A stretch of 63,923 bases of DNA, the filler included, from Lenisia limosa (lineage: Eukaryota > Protista > Breviatea): assembly GCA_001655205.1 (NCBI GenBank). It is 14 parts of 14 records of this genome, joined end to end, with 100 filler letters (N's around TTAATTAATTAA, not from the genome) between each part and the next. Parts side by side here need not be neighbours in the genome. Positions count along the whole stretch, not along the records: positions 62,325 to 63,923 come from LPNZ01011233.1; 13 more parts are not named here. One strand, 5' to 3'. A program made the translations under genes and the position numbers. How positions within the stretch are numbered: the first letter of the stretch is position 1; every line of letters begins with the position of its first letter. Shown one piece after another: positions 62,694-63,923 of the stretch. Below the pieces are notes generated by a model. The model had not been told where the DNA came from, ran no database searches, and saw only the letters and a list, made by a program, of their open reading frames with translations.

Positions 62694-63923
62694 GGATTTG
62701 ATTATTTCACATGGAGGACACACTACCCGAATTGATTATTTCACACGGAGGAGACACTACACGATATGATTATTTCAGATGGACACACAATCCGATATGA
62801 TTATTTCAGGGAGGAGACAATCACTCTGTCATCATTCTATTTTGTAGTTATGTCCCCCCCCCCCCCNNNNNNNNNNNNNNNNNNNNNNNNNNNNNNNNNN
62901 NNNNNNNNNNNNNNNNNNNNNNNNNNNNNNNNNNNNNNNNNNNNNNNNNNNNNNNNNNNNNNNNNNNNNNNNNNNNNNNNNNNNNNNNNNNNNNNNNNNN
63001 NNNNNNNNNNNNNNNNNNNNNNNNNNNNNNNNNNNNNNNNNNNNNNNNNNNNNNNNNNNNNNNNNNNNNNNNNNNNNNNNNNNNNNNNNNNNNNNNNNNN
63101 NNNNNNNNNNNNNNNNNNNNNNNNNNNNNNNNNNNNNNNNNNNNNNNNNNNNNNNNNNNNNNNNNNNNNNNNNNNNNNNNNNNNNNGTCAAAGTTGACCT
63201 GGGAGTGTCATGGAGTCACGATTAACTCTTAACTCAAATTCTGAACCGAAGTTGACTCACCTTCCTTGACCCTTCGATTCTCCCAGAGATGATATTGTCG
63301 CGAGGGGTTTCTATGGGGGCCTCGTAGACCTGGATGATATTATCTGGGCTTTGGAAGGAGCAAAGGAGAGAAGCATTTTGAAAGAATAAGAAAAAAACTA
63401 AAAAAAAAAGAGGAGGGGGGGGGGGNNNNNNNNNNNNNNNNNNNNNNNNNNNNNNNNNNNNNNNNNNNNNNNNNNNNNNNNNNNNNNNNNNNNNNNNNNN
63501 NNNNNNNNNNNNNNNNNNNNNNNNNNNNNNNNNNNNNNNNNNNNNNNNNNNNNNNNNNNNNNNNNNNNNNNNNNNNNNNNNNNNNNNNNNNGGACATGGG
63601 AGGGTTCTTCACTACTACTTACGTCAAACTCGTCAACCAACATATCATATCTACACTATATAATACCATGACAGTATTCAGAAAACAAAAAAATGGGGTA
63701 TGAAATGGGCTACAATAATACTCGCTACAGATGAAGTGCCTAATCAAAATCAAATATGAAATATGATATAGCGTTTCATGTTAAGATCCTGAGATCATCG
63801 CCTAGTTGACCGTCACACCTGAGGGGTGCATGCGGACGTGGCGCGTGGGCAGCCGGGGCCATGGAAGGAATCGGAACAGCAAAGTTGGACACGGAGGGGG
63901 CAGGAATGGCGGAGGGATGGGTA

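Noticed and set aside
62699-62830. Repeat arrays (also 6279-6445, 42623-42801) as CRISPR
   Set aside because: There are no unique spacers and no cas genes. They are degenerate minisatellites inside spliceosomal introns.
1-63923. Gene clustering or operon-like relations across the window; rRNA, tRNA or transposase genes
   Set aside because: Contigs are concatenated artificially, so cross-linker neighbourhoods are meaningless. No rRNA, tRNA, transposase or reverse-transcriptase sequence was recognised.

Overview
This window is eukaryotic, not prokaryotic. It holds 14 unrelated contigs joined by 13 artificial 100-nt linkers (44N-TTAATTAATTAA-44N), with many internal N gaps. The source is an intron-dense flagellated protist (ARMC3, CEP78, Arp2/3) using the standard code; it may be anaerobic, given a bacterial-type PreA/DPD-like Fe-S flavoprotein. 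Genes recognised by manually joining exons: TOP1, ARPC4, a DPD/PreA-like oxidoreductase, ARMC3, kinesin-14, a cyclic-nucleotide PDE, cystinosin, GPN1, CEP78, fatty acyl-CoA reductase, a BEACH-family fragment, a Src1/Man1-like fragment and a protein ending in a phage tail-collar-like domain. Introns carry at least six short repeat families: two TA-flanked MITE families, a CACTA MITE, a 600-bp TIR element, one unclassified repeat, and 'family B'. The most unusual signal is splicing-linked. The ~130-nt family B sits at about 20 loci, sense to the host gene and forming the intron 3' end (branch point, C-tract, AG). It often stacks behind older AG-less acceptors, and one inverted copy of its terminus supplies a donor. 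Unrelated introns also show tandemly duplicated acceptor modules. Gene calls come from recalled motifs, not database searches, and most coordinates of degenerate repeats are approximate.
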